A stretch of DNA of 64,000 bases from an uncultured Gemmatimonadales bacterium (GCA_963850905.1 CAWKMU010000003.1:2368001-2432000); one strand, 5' to 3'; shown: positions 18,918 through 28,111, counted from the first letter of the stretch. Notes: generated by a model from the letters alone, not told the origin. Numbers and translations are program-made.

Positions 18918-19961
18918 GTGTTCGCGGCGATTGCGGTTTCTGCCGCCGTGCTGCCTGGTCAGGGGCCGAAAGTCCTGATCATCTACGACATGGAGGGCAT
19001 TTCCGGGGTGATCAGACCTCCATACGAGCGCTTTGGGGCGCCCGAATATCCGCAGGGACGCGAGTCACTGACGGCTGACGTGAATGCGGCGATTCGAGGA
19101 CTCAAGGCCGGCGGTGCGGGGTCCATCTGGGTGGAGGATGGGCACGGGTCCGGCAACAGCGAAGAGCCGGATATCCTGGTGGACAAGATGGACAAGAACG
19201 CGAACTTCGAGTTTCGCGAGCGTCGCTACGACCCCTACTCCACGGGGATCGATGGGTCGTTCGCCGCGATCGTCTGCGTCGGGATGCACGCGCGCGCCCG
19301 CACCAGCGGGTTCATGGCGCACACCGGGACCTTCAATGTCGCGTGGAACGTGAATGGTGTCGACCTGAGCGAAACCCACATCGTCGCGCTGTCCGCCGCA
19401 CGCTGGGGCATCCCCGTGGTCATGGTCTCGGGAGACCAGGTGCTCAAAGAACAACTCGCCACGGATTTCCCGGAGCTGCAGTACGCCGAAGTGAAGGAGT
19501 CGCACGGCCACAGTCTGGCCAATGCAGTGCCGCGCGCAGAAGCGGACCGCCGGATCGAAACGGCGGCCCGCGAGGCGATGCAGCGATTCACGGCCGGCAA
19601 GTTCCGTCCGTACTACCTGCCGGGCCCGTACGAGTTTCACATGACGTTCCGCACACGAGAACAGGCCGAGATGGCCGCCGGCACCCGCGGCGTTGTGCCT
19701 GACGGCGACCTGGGAGTTCGCTTCACGAGTCCCACGTACATCGATGGCTACCTGATCGCCGAGGATGTCGTCTCGCACGGCATGAACTACTTGCCCTTGC
19801 TGCTGCGAGTGCTCCGACACCAGCCGGGCGGCGACGCGCTCATCAAGCAGTGGACGGATCTCATCTGGCTCCAGATCGATCCGGACAGCCTGCCTGCGTG
19901 GTCGCTGCCCCCCGCGCAGGTGGCTAGTGATCAACACAAGCGCTATTACGGCGATCAGTAA
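18918..19961 (+). CDS. M55-family metallopeptidase (DppA-like), copy 2 (start 18883 with frameshift, or 18918)
   Basis: KVLIIYDMEGISG, DVNAAIRG, EDGHG, VGMHA, MAHT, LSE, IPVVMVSGDQ. Hydrophobic N-terminus. Confidence 0.88.
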   Translation: MFAAIAVSAAVLPGQGPKVLIIYDMEGISGVIRPPYERFGAPEYPQGRESLTADVNAAIRGLKAGGAGSIWVEDGHGSGNSEEPDILVDKMDKNANFEFRERRYDPYSTGIDGSFAAIVCVGMHARARTSGFMAHTGTFNVAWNVNGVDLSETHIVALSAARWGIPVVMVSGDQVLKEQLATDFPELQYAEVKESHGHSLANAVPRAEADRRIETAAREAMQRFTAGKFRPYYLPGPYEFHMTFRTREQAEMAAGTRGVVPDGDLGVRFTSPTYIDGYLIAEDVVSHGMNYLPLLLRVLRHQPGGDALIKQWTDLIWLQIDPDSLPAWSLPPAQVASDQHKRYYGDQ

Positions 19962-20078
19962 GCCCGGCTAGCGCGCGGCTGATCGCGGCGGGCTGTTGCC
20001 ACCCCCACGCGCAAGCCGTCACTCGAGCGAGACGCCTCGTGTTTCGCTCGAGTGTCATGGTCGCCTTGGGGGGCACCA

Positions 20079-20645
20079 ATGGGCAAGAAAGACGCGATGT
20101 TGGTTGGAGCCATCGGGCTCCCATTGCTCGTCGTCGCGATCGCGACGATCGGATGCTTCGGTCGCCAGGGCCTGCCAGGCGTCCGCCGGCGTCTCTTGCT
20201 GCGCATCGCGGCGTGGGCAGCGCTCGGATGCGTGGCGGGTGACGTCGCACTCATCGTGGTCGGCTGCCCCTTGGGCGCCGCACTCGAGCACGCGCACCCG
20301 GGGATGATGAATGCCGCGATCTGCGGCTGGCACGCGACGATCTTCCCGGGCCTTTGGGCGTACTGGTTTCTCGCGACCTGCACGGCGATGTTCGCGATCT
20401 GGGCGTGGCTCGCCCCGCACGTGCCGGCCTGGGAATCGAGTGGCGGCCGGCTCGCCGTGGTGTCCGCCCTCATGGCATTGCCGTTGGCCACGATGCTCAT
20501 CACGGCCGTCTCGACCAACCCCGGCGGCTTGCCGCCCGGTGAGCTGGCGCAGGCACTGGTGTTGTGCGTACCCACAGTCTTCGGCGCGGTCTATGTCCCG
20601 CGGCTCACCGTGCCATTTCTGAAGCCCGGCACGTTCGCGATCTAG
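20079..20645 (+). CDS. Hypothetical integral membrane protein
   Basis: About five hydrophobic segments; ATG preceded by a G-rich RBS. Confidence 0.55.
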   Translation: MGKKDAMLVGAIGLPLLVVAIATIGCFGRQGLPGVRRRLLLRIAAWAALGCVAGDVALIVVGCPLGAALEHAHPGMMNAAICGWHATIFPGLWAYWFLATCTAMFAIWAWLAPHVPAWESSGGRLAVVSALMALPLATMLITAVSTNPGGLPPGELAQALVLCVPTVFGAVYVPRLTVPFLKPGTFAI

Positions 20646-20681
20646 AAGCGTTTCGGGAGGGCGCTAAAGCGCCCTGGAGGT

Positions 20682-21662
20682 CTACTCTCTTGCGGCGTTC
20701 AGGCCGCACCGGAGGTGCTCCAACACGCCGGGCCGCGGTTCAGGCGTCCCCCAGTACGGAGTCTTATTGACATCGACCGGGACAATCGTGCCGTCGGCGT
20801 CCATGACGCAATCCGTTCCGTGGAACTCCAGTTGCATCGCACTCGCAGCGCGCCGACCGACGCCGGCCGCCCTCGCTGCATCGGCACTTGCCGCACCAAG
20901 CGCGATGTCTTCGCCGTCCACGGTCCAAAAGAACGAATGCTCTCGACGACGAGCGCCGAAGCGCTGGTGCTTGATTGCAAGGTCCGTCCAGATTTGCGAG
21001 ACGACGGTGGCCGGTCCGACACCGTGGACCCGAAAATACGCGCCCTCTGGGTTCTCGATGTATCGCTCAATGACCAATGTTGAGTCGCTCCACGCGGCGT
21101 CCGGTACTTCGTCGCGCCGGCACACGCGATACGCCTCTTGCCGACGCACCTCGTCGTTCAGACCACCTGTGAACCGCTCCAATGTCTGGTCGCCACGTGC
21201 AACGAGCCGTCGCTCGGGCCCACCGGCGGCATTGAGGTTCGTCTTGATGATGACCCGCTCATCGGCGGGGCCCGCGTGCGTTGCCGCTGCAGACGGCAAG
21301 CCGTGCGTGGCTAGCCGCTCGTGCAACGTCCGCTTGCGGACGTCGGTCGCGTGTGCATTGAGCGTCACCACGCCGCGCGCTGCGAGCGAATCGTACAGGG
21401 CCGACTCGTGCTCCAGCACCCCATCGGTCTCGCTGGTGTCGATGTGCATCACCACGACGCGGGCGGCCCGGCCGATCGCGTTCGCCAGCCGAACTCCGGA
21501 TTCGCCCGGCTTGATCGCCAGGCGCATCGCGTGGGGGCACACCGCTTGGATGAGATACTTGTCCCACGCATTACACTCGCACACGACTACCGGGGCAGAC
21601 CCCAAATACCGGGTGAGCTTCCGGCGTACGTCGGTGCGGAGGCTAGCGAGCAGGCTCCCCAT
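20682..21662 (-). CDS. Hypothetical protein with ATP-grasp-like fold
   Basis: AGGAGG RBS before ATG. VIIKTNLNAAG, LVIERYI and GTDCVMDADG..PVDVNKTP resemble ATP-grasp motifs. Confidence 0.6.
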   Translation of the reverse strand: MGSLLASLRTDVRRKLTRYLGSAPVVVCECNAWDKYLIQAVCPHAMRLAIKPGESGVRLANAIGRAARVVVMHIDTSETDGVLEHESALYDSLAARGVVTLNAHATDVRKRTLHERLATHGLPSAAATHAGPADERVIIKTNLNAAGGPERRLVARGDQTLERFTGGLNDEVRRQEAYRVCRRDEVPDAAWSDSTLVIERYIENPEGAYFRVHGVGPATVVSQIWTDLAIKHQRFGARRREHSFFWTVDGEDIALGAASADAARAAGVGRRAASAMQLEFHGTDCVMDADGTIVPVDVNKTPYWGTPEPRPGVLEHLRCGLNAARE

Positions 21663-21867
21663 AGGCCTCCTGTCTGCGGAAGGAGACAGCAATCATCCTG
21701 CCACTTGGGTGAGGGCGTTTCGTCCCAAAAAATGAGACCACGGCGCTCAAGGGAGACAACGGCAGCGACCTTGGGCGGCCAGGCTGTCGTCTGTTCTCTA
21801 CAATCTGTAGGGCTACTTTGTTGGTCTACCGAGGGCGCTTCGCGCCCTAGAGAGCAGCGAGGCAGAA

Positions 21868-21925
21868 AGTAGAAAGTAGACAACGGCTGGGTCCGCGGGC
21901 CGCCAGCCTTTGTCTACTTTCTACT
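21868..21925. repeat. Hairpin with 7-bp-periodic arms (AGAAAGT) downstream of tRNA-Leu; possible terminator
   Basis: AGTAGAAAGTAGACAA (21868-21883) is the reverse complement of TTGTCTACTTTCTACT (21910-21925), with an inner GGCTGG/CCAGCC stem. Confidence 0.7.
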
Positions 21926-21963
21926 CTCTGTAGGTCTACTTTCTTGCCGGCCGAAGGCCCGGC

Positions 21964-22048
<85 letters not shown>

Positions 22049-22071
22049 GGTCGGCGAAGGATAGCGGCGCT

Positions 22072-22254
22072 GGGGGTCAGGGGCCAGACGGGCACGAACG
22101 GCGGGGTCAGGGGTCAGGGGTCAGGAAACACACCGAGAACCCAGTCACGGCTGCACCATAACCTGCCTTGGACCGGTAGGGGCGACGCATGCGTCGCCCG
22201 GAGTTGTCGTTAGGTCGTCGTTCCCCGACCCCTGGTCCCGGACCCCTGACCCCT
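22072..22254. repeat. (CAGGGGT)n ... (ACCCCTG)n inverted-arm element with a nested REP at 22176-22199
   Basis: GGGGTCAGGGGTCAGGGGTCAGG left arm, GACCCCTGACCCCT right arm, GTAGGGGCGACGCATGCGTCGCCC inside. Confidence 0.8.
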
Positions 22255-22300
22255 GTGTTGTATCTTGTGACCACAGCCCTCCTACCCCCGTCCCCACAGA

Positions 22301-22771
22301 ATGGCCCGAGCTGTTCCGGACACCGAGACCGAGCCTATCGCGCGCAACCGTCGCGCTCGGCACGAGTATCACATTTTCGAGAGCTGGGAGGCGGGGCTCG
22401 TCCTGACAGGCACTGAGGTCAAGGCACTGCGCAACGGGAAGGCGAGTCTTGCGGACGCATATGGCATTGTCAAAGATGGCGAGGTCTTTCTGTTGAACCT
22501 CCACATCGCGCCGTACGAGCAGGGGCACCAGTTCAACCACGAGCCGACGCGCACGCGCAAGCTGTTGCTTCATAAGAAGGAAATCCGTCGGCTGATCGGC
22601 TCCGTGGAACGCCAAGGACTGACCCTCATCCCTCTCGACATGTACTTCAAGCGCGGCCGCGCCAAGGTCGTGATCGGTCTCGCTCGCGGGAAGAAGCTGC
22701 ATGACAAGCGAGCAGACGAGCGCAAGCGCTCCGACGAGCGCGAAATGGCGCGGGCAGCCCGCTTCCGGTGA
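22301..22771 (+). CDS. smpB: SsrA-binding protein
   Basis: IARNRRARHEY, EAGLVLTGTEVK, RTRKLLLHKKEI, GKKLHDKR. Confidence 0.97.
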   Translation: MARAVPDTETEPIARNRRARHEYHIFESWEAGLVLTGTEVKALRNGKASLADAYGIVKDGEVFLLNLHIAPYEQGHQFNHEPTRTRKLLLHKKEIRRLIGSVERQGLTLIPLDMYFKRGRAKVVIGLARGKKLHDKRADERKRSDEREMARAARFR

Positions 22772-24117
22772 TTCTCGCGCACGCGCTGGTCTACGCGCTG
22801 CAGGTCGTCGCCGTCGCAGGGACGCCGGCGCCCACCGCCCGCTCACTCACTGTCCGCGTGCTTGGGTCGCATGACGTCCGACATGTACCGGTCGTGGCCC
22901 GGGCCGATGGCCAACTCGGCGTCAACGCCGGACTCTTGGCCACTGCACTGGGCGGCTCGGTCCATCGCCTCGCGACAGGCCGATTCACCCTCGCCGTACC
23001 CGGTGCGACGCTGGAGATGGCGGACCAGAGCGGGTTCGCGACGTCTTCCACTGGTGTCATTCCACTGCCTGCGCCGGCCTGGGTCGAGGGGACGACGCTG
23101 TACGTGCCGCTCGCCGTCGTTGCTGACGTTCTCCCACGCGTCGCTAGTGGTGTCATCTACGACCCGGAGAAGGCCGAGGTGCGCGTCTTCACCGCGCTCT
23201 TGCCGGGTGCGGCCACGCATGTGGCGTCTCGCCACCCGACTGGAACAACCTCCGATGTATTCCAGGCGCCGGCGGCGACCGCCGGAGTCACGTCGGGCAG
23301 CGACACCGACTCGACCGGAGTCGCGCCGTCGGGCGACGTGTTACTCGGCGAGCGTGATAGCGCACCCGCGGCGTCCAGGCCGACCTTGATCCACCACCGG
23401 CTCGTCGTCGTCGACGCCGGGCACGGGGGGCCCGACCACGGGATGATCGGTCCAGTCGGGTCGACACATCCGATCTACGAGAAAGACATCACGCTCGCTG
23501 TTGCGCTCAAGGTCGGCGATGCGCTGCGAAACCTGGGGCTGGACGTGCTGGAGACGCGGACGACCGACACGCTTATCGCGCTCTCCGACCGCGGCCGGAT
23601 CGCCAATGAGCACCACGGCGACCTCTTTCTGTCGATTCACGTGAATGCGGCCAACCCGAACTGGCACGACCCATCGGCCGCCCGCGGATTCGAGACATAC
23701 TTCCTCGCCGCCGCGAAGACCGAGGACGACCGGCGGGTCGAGGAGATGGAGAACGAAGCCGTCAAGTTCGAGACGGGCGCCAACGCGCCGACCAACGATC
23801 CGTTAGATTTCGTCATCCATGACATGGCGCAGAATGAGCACCTGCGTGAGTCCGCCGACCTCGCGGAGATCATCCAGCGACACCTCGCGGGGATCGAGCC
23901 GGGTCCGGATCGCGGCGTCAAGCAAGCCGGCTTTCGCGTGCTCGTGACCGCATACATGCCTTCGGTGCTCGTGGAGATCGGCTTCGGTACCAATCCCACC
24001 GAAGCGCACTACCTGGCCTCGCCGGCTTCGCAACGCACGATTGCCAGGGCGATCGCCGAAGCAACTGCCGATTACCTGGCGCGCTACCAGCGCCGCGTGA
24101 GCGTCGCGGGCCAGTGA
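22768..24117 (+). CDS. N-acetylmuramoyl-L-alanine amidase (Amidase_3)
   Basis: VDAGHGGPD, EKDITL, LFLSIHVNA, GFETY, PSVLVEIGF. Signal peptide. Confidence 0.9.
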   Translation: MILAHALVYALQVVAVAGTPAPTARSLTVRVLGSHDVRHVPVVARADGQLGVNAGLLATALGGSVHRLATGRFTLAVPGATLEMADQSGFATSSTGVIPLPAPAWVEGTTLYVPLAVVADVLPRVASGVIYDPEKAEVRVFTALLPGAATHVASRHPTGTTSDVFQAPAATAGVTSGSDTDSTGVAPSGDVLLGERDSAPAASRPTLIHHRLVVVDAGHGGPDHGMIGPVGSTHPIYEKDITLAVALKVGDALRNLGLDVLETRTTDTLIALSDRGRIANEHHGDLFLSIHVNAANPNWHDPSAARGFETYFLAAAKTEDDRRVEEMENEAVKFETGANAPTNDPLDFVIHDMAQNEHLRESADLAEIIQRHLAGIEPGPDRGVKQAGFRVLVTAYMPSVLVEIGFGTNPTEAHYLASPASQRTIARAIAEATADYLARYQRRVSVAGQ

Positions 24118-25049
24118 GTCCACGCCCGCCCTCGCTCACGGCCGAGGCGGCGGGACTTGAATTTCAGAATCCGATCGTCCTCGCCGCCGGCACCGCAGGT
24201 TACGGTCGCGAGCTCGCCGACGTGATGGATCTCGATCGCCTCGGCGGACTCGTCACCAAGGCAGTGAGCGTCGAACCCCGCTCGGGTGCTCCGGCGCCGC
24301 GCGTGGCCGAGTTCTCCGGAGGGATGATCAATGCTGTCGGCCTGGCGAATCCGGGCCTGGACGCGGTGCGCAGAGAGCACTTGCCGTGGCTGGCCACGCA
24401 TCTCGCGCGGGCGCGCGTGCTCGTCAACGTCGTCGGCAATACGGTCGCGGATTTCGAGACGGTGGTGTCATCGCTGACCAACGAGACCGGTGTCGCCGGC
24501 TTCGAGCTCAACGTGAGCTGTCCCAACGTGCGGTGCGGCGGCGTCGAGTTTGGCGCCGACATGGACGTGCTCGCCGACCTGGTCACGCGGGCGCGGCGCG
24601 TCTCGACGCGACCGCTGTTCGTTAAATTGTCGCCGACGCTGCCGGACATTGCCGCGACGGCGCAGGCCGCCGTGCGCGCAGGGGCCGACGCGATTACGGT
24701 CGTGAATACCGTCCCAGGATTGGTCATCGATGTCGAGCGGCGACGTCCCGCGCTGGGATTCGGAACCGGTGGAGTGAGTGGGGCGGCCATCAGGCCCATT
24801 GGGGTGCTCGCGACCTGGCGCGTGACGCGCGCGGTGTCGGTTCCTGTCATGGGTGTCGGAGGCGTCGCGAGTGTGGAGGACGTGCTGCAGTACGTGCTCG
24901 CCGGCGCAACACTCGTCGGCATTGGAACGGCGGCGCTGCAAGACCCTCGAAGTCCGCAGCGACTCGTGCGCGGCTTGGAGCGCTGGTGCGAACAGCACGG
25001 ATTGGCCAGTTTGAGTGAGATGAGAGGACAGTTGCAATGGCCGACGTGA
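24114..25049 (+). CDS. pyrD: Dihydroorotate dehydrogenase, family 1
   Basis: NPIVLAAGT, NAVGLANPG, ELNVSCPNV, VKLSP, NT, GGVSG. Confidence 0.93.
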   Translation: MSPRPPSLTAEAAGLEFQNPIVLAAGTAGYGRELADVMDLDRLGGLVTKAVSVEPRSGAPAPRVAEFSGGMINAVGLANPGLDAVRREHLPWLATHLARARVLVNVVGNTVADFETVVSSLTNETGVAGFELNVSCPNVRCGGVEFGADMDVLADLVTRARRVSTRPLFVKLSPTLPDIAATAQAAVRAGADAITVVNTVPGLVIDVERRRPALGFGTGGVSGAAIRPIGVLATWRVTRAVSVPVMGVGGVASVEDVLQYVLAGATLVGIGTAALQDPRSPQRLVRGLERWCEQHGLASLSEMRGQLQWPT

Positions 25050-25783
25050 CCAGCACCATAACCACCCCTTCGGCACGTTCGACGCGCCGGGTCACCCCCA
25101 TCGTCGCCCTCGACGTGTCGGACGAGCCGTCGGCTGATCGGTTTGTCGATGCACTCGGCGCCCTCTGTCGCTTCTATAAGGTGGGCTCAGAGCTTTTCAC
25201 TGCAGTAGGCCCGACGATCGTGCATGCGCTCAGCGAGCGCGGGTGCAGCGTGTTTCTCGATCTCAAGCTGCACGACATTCCAAACACTGTCCGCGGTGGC
25301 TGTCGAAGCGCGGCTCGCGCTGGCGCTCGGCTGGTCACGGTGCACGCGGTAGGCGGTCACGACATGATCGTCGCGGCTGTCCAAGGTGCTCGAGAGGGTG
25401 ATCCGGAGTGCCAAGTGTTCGCGGTGACCGTCTTGACCTCGCTCGATGCCCGACGTCTGGGTGACACGTGGGGGCGGCGCGACCTCGACGTGGGAGCGGA
25501 GGTCGTGCGACTCGCCACCGTTGCGCGCGAGGCGGGCGCGAAAGGCATCGTGTGTGCCGGGCCGGAAGTCAGCCGTGTCCGAGGCGCGCATGGTGACGCG
25601 CTGGCCATCCTGGTGCCCGGGGTTCGCCTCGAGGGCGCATCGACGGACGACCAACAGCGGGTGACCACTGCGCGCGCGGCCGCGGCCGCTGGAGCTGACT
25701 ATGTGGTCATCGGTCGGGCGGTGACGGGTGCACCGGACCCCCGTACGACGATGCAGCAGGTCCTTCGCGAGCTCGAGGGGTGA
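25037..25783 (+). CDS. pyrF: Orotidine-5'-phosphate decarboxylase
   Basis: IVALD, YKVG, FLDLKLHDIPNTV, PGVR, DDQQR, VIGR. Confidence 0.96.
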   Translation: MADVTSTITTPSARSTRRVTPIVALDVSDEPSADRFVDALGALCRFYKVGSELFTAVGPTIVHALSERGCSVFLDLKLHDIPNTVRGGCRSAARAGARLVTVHAVGGHDMIVAAVQGAREGDPECQVFAVTVLTSLDARRLGDTWGRRDLDVGAEVVRLATVAREAGAKGIVCAGPEVSRVRGAHGDALAILVPGVRLEGASTDDQQRVTTARAAAAAGADYVVIGRAVTGAPDPRTTMQQVLRELEG

Positions 25784-25813
25784 GGCGGTGGCACTGCCTC
25801 CTCCGGTTGTCCC

Positions 25814-26197
25814 TCAATCCGCCAGGGTAGGGGGCGACGGCGCCTCGAGAATGACGACGTTGTAACCCTCGGGGTCGTGCAACACCCCCCATGCGCGGGA
25901 CGAGTCGTCTGCGCGAGCGTGCACGTCGATGAATCGTTCCTTGCCGATCGCGGCGACGGCCGCCGCGAGATCGGCCACCTCCAGGAAAAGCACGGCCTTG
26001 TCTTGCGACGGGTAGGGTTCCGAGCCTTTCCGTTCCAGGCAGACGAAAGCCTGCCCACCGTCGAACTTCGCGTAGCGCCCCGGCCCTTCCTCAGACAGCT
26101 GAAGACCCAGGGTGTCGCCATAAAACCGCTTGCCGCGGTTGAGGTCGTCGGAATACAGCTCGACCCCGACGAGGCGGGCGTTGAGTTTGCCTGTCAT
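25814..26197 (-). CDS. VOC/glyoxalase-family protein
   Basis: FYGDTLGL, LFLEVADL, LHDPEGYNV. GGAGG RBS on the minus strand. Confidence 0.82.
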   Translation of the reverse strand: MTGKLNARLVGVELYSDDLNRGKRFYGDTLGLQLSEEGPGRYAKFDGGQAFVCLERKGSEPYPSQDKAVLFLEVADLAAAVAAIGKERFIDVHARADDSSRAWGVLHDPEGYNVVILEAPSPPTLAD

Positions 26198-26255
26198 GTA
26201 TCAGCCTCCCCGAATTAGGCCAGAGACTCGGGTTGAACGTTGAACTTTAGTCGTC

Positions 26256-26353
26256 GGGCGTTAGACGTTGGAGAACACACCTCGAGGCCCGCTAGATCCA
26301 CCGGGGCTGCGTCTTGAGGTTTGTTCCAGCGTCCAGCGTCTACGTCCAGCGTC
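26256..26353. repeat. Hairpin element with degenerate 7-bp-periodic arms (TAGACGT / GCGTCCA)
   Basis: GGGCGTTAGACGTTGGAGAAC...ACCTCGAG...CTTGAGGTTTGTTCCAGCGTCCAGCGTCTACGTCCAGCGTC. Confidence 0.55.
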
Positions 26354-26363
26354 TGTAGTTCCC

Positions 26364-26456
26364 TTGCGTCACGTTCCTAAGTCCCATACGTTTCAAAGCT
26401 TGTCGCTAATCGTTGACCGTCCGGCCGACCCGTGGTCGGCAGAGCGGCGGTCAGCG
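26364..26456 (+). promoter_or_regulatory. Putative sigma70 promoter and structured 5' leader of the rpmJ-rpsM operon
   Basis: TTGCGT 26364-26369, 17-bp spacer, TACGTT 26387-26392. Hairpin at 26411-26456 (11-bp outer stem, 7-bp inner stem). Confidence 0.55.
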
Positions 26457-26481
26457 TCATTGTCGTGTCAGGAGCGCGTCC

Positions 26482-26598
26482 GTGAAGGTCCGAACGAGTG
26501 TGAAACCGATTTGTGAGCACTGCAAAGTGATCAAACGCGGGGGCGTCATGCGCATCATCTGTAAGCGCAACCCCAAGCACAAGCAGCGCCAGGGTTAA
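26482..26598 (+). CDS. rpmJ: 50S ribosomal protein L36
   Basis: (M)[45 protein letters not shown]. Confidence 0.97.
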   Translation: MKVRTSVKPICEHCKVIKRGGVMRIICKRNPKHKQRQG

Positions 26599-26601
26599 AA
26601 T

Positions 26602-26979
26602 ATGGCTCGCATTGCAGGGGTCGACCTGCCCCGTGAAAAAAAGGTCGAAATCGGCCTGACCTATATCTTCGGCATTGGCCGCACGTCCGCCCGACACATT
26701 CTCGAGGAGACGGGCGTCAGCCCGGCGCTCCGTATCAAGGAGTTGTCGGACACCGACGTGAACCGTCTGCGTCAAGCCATCGAGCGCGACTACCGCGTCG
26801 AGGGCGCGCTGCGAACCGAAGTGGCCATGAACATCAAGCGGTTGATGGACATTGGCTCCTATCGCGGCATTCGCCATCGGCGAGGCCTGCCGGTGCGTGG
26901 ACAGCGAACGCATACCAACGCGCGCACGAAGAAAGGTCCTCGTCGCGCCATCGCGGGCAAGAAGAAGGTGACCAAGTAA
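26602..26979 (+). CDS. rpsM: 30S ribosomal protein S13
   Basis: [10 protein letters not shown]...[19 protein letters not shown]. Confidence 0.98.
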   Translation: MARIAGVDLPREKKVEIGLTYIFGIGRTSARHILEETGVSPALRIKELSDTDVNRLRQAIERDYRVEGALRTEVAMNIKRLMDIGSYRGIRHRRGLPVRGQRTHTNARTKKGPRRAIAGKKKVTK

Positions 26980-26980
26980 C

Positions 26981-27358
26981 ATGGCAACTGCGAAAAAGAC
27001 CAAGCGCGTGATCGAGGCGGAAGGCATCGCCCACGTCAACGCGACCTTCAACAACACGACCGTTACGATCACGGATCCCCGCGGCAACACGGTCGCCTGG
27101 GGGTCGGCCGGCAAGGCGGGCTTCAAGGGGTCGAAGAAATCGACCCCGTTCGCGGCGACGGTGGCGGCGGAGCAGGTGGCGCGCGAGGCGATGACGCTCG
27201 GCGTGCGCCGCGTGCACGTCCGTGTGCAGGGTCCAGGAAGTGGACGCGAGTCCGCGATTCAGGCGCTTGCCACGGCGGGGTTGCAGGTCAAGTCGATCAA
27301 GGACGTGACGCCAATCCCACACAACGGTTGCCGGCCGCCGAAGCGGCGGAGGGTCTGA
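26981..27358 (+). CDS. rpsK: 30S ribosomal protein S11
   Basis: [41 protein letters not shown]. Confidence 0.98.
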   Translation: MATAKKTKRVIEAEGIAHVNATFNNTTVTITDPRGNTVAWGSAGKAGFKGSKKSTPFAATVAAEQVAREAMTLGVRRVHVRVQGPGSGRESAIQALATAGLQVKSIKDVTPIPHNGCRPPKRRRV

Positions 27359-27361
27359 GTC

Positions 27362-27994
27362 GTGCGCTACACAGGACCCAGCTGTCGGCAATGTCGACGT
27401 GAAGGCACCAAGCTGTTTCTCAAGGGAATGAAGTGCTTTACGGAGAAGTGCCCGGTCGAGCGGCGCCCATACGCGCCAGGTCAACACGGGCAGAGCACGG
27501 CGCGTCGACGCAAGTCGTCGGAGTACGCACGGCAGCTCCGTGAAAAGCAGAAAATCAAGCGCATCTACGGGTTGAGCGAGCGCCAATTCCGCAACGTGTT
27601 CGAGCGCGTGAACCCAATGCCCGGCATCACCGGGCACAACCTGCTCGCCGCGCTCGAGAGTCGTCTCGACAACCTCGTCTATCGGATGGGGTTTGCGTCG
27701 AGCCGAAAAGCGGCGCGCCAGCTCATTCGTCACCGGCACGTCGAGGTGAATGCGCGCTCCGTCGACATCCCGAGCTACCTGGTTCGGCCGGGTGAGGAGA
27801 TCCGCGTTCGCCCGAAGTCGCGTGAGCAGACGGCGATCCTCACGGCCTTGGATCAGTCGTCGCGAGGCGCGCCGGTCGCGTGGCTGGCGGTCGATCGTGG
27901 GTCGTTCAGCGGACGCATGCTCGAGCGCCCACAGCGGGCCAGCATCCCGATTGCAGCGCAGGAGCAGTTGGTGGTGGAGTTGTATTCGAAGTAG
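27362..27994 (+). CDS. rpsD: 30S ribosomal protein S4 (Zn-ribbon type)
   Basis: RYTGPSCRQCRREG, QLREKQK, LESRLDN, VVELYSK. Confidence 0.98.
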   Translation: MRYTGPSCRQCRREGTKLFLKGMKCFTEKCPVERRPYAPGQHGQSTARRRKSSEYARQLREKQKIKRIYGLSERQFRNVFERVNPMPGITGHNLLAALESRLDNLVYRMGFASSRKAARQLIRHRHVEVNARSVDIPSYLVRPGEEIRVRPKSREQTAILTALDQSSRGAPVAWLAVDRGSFSGRMLERPQRASIPIAAQEQLVVELYSK

Positions 27995-28004
27995 CGGAAA
28001 CGGC

Positions 28005-28111
28005 GGGATCAGGGGTCAGGCATCAGGGGTCAGGGAACTAACCAAACGGCAAGAAGCGAGTCGCCGCGACCAGCGGTCGCGGTTTGTTCCCTGACCCCTG
28101 ACCCCCGACCC
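28005..28111. repeat. (CAGGGGT)n inverted-arm hairpin element inside the alpha operon
   Basis: TCAGGGGTCAGGGAAC (28023-28038) is the reverse complement of GTTCCCTGACCCCTGA (28086-28101). Inner CCGCGACC/GGTCGCGG stem. Confidence 0.8.
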
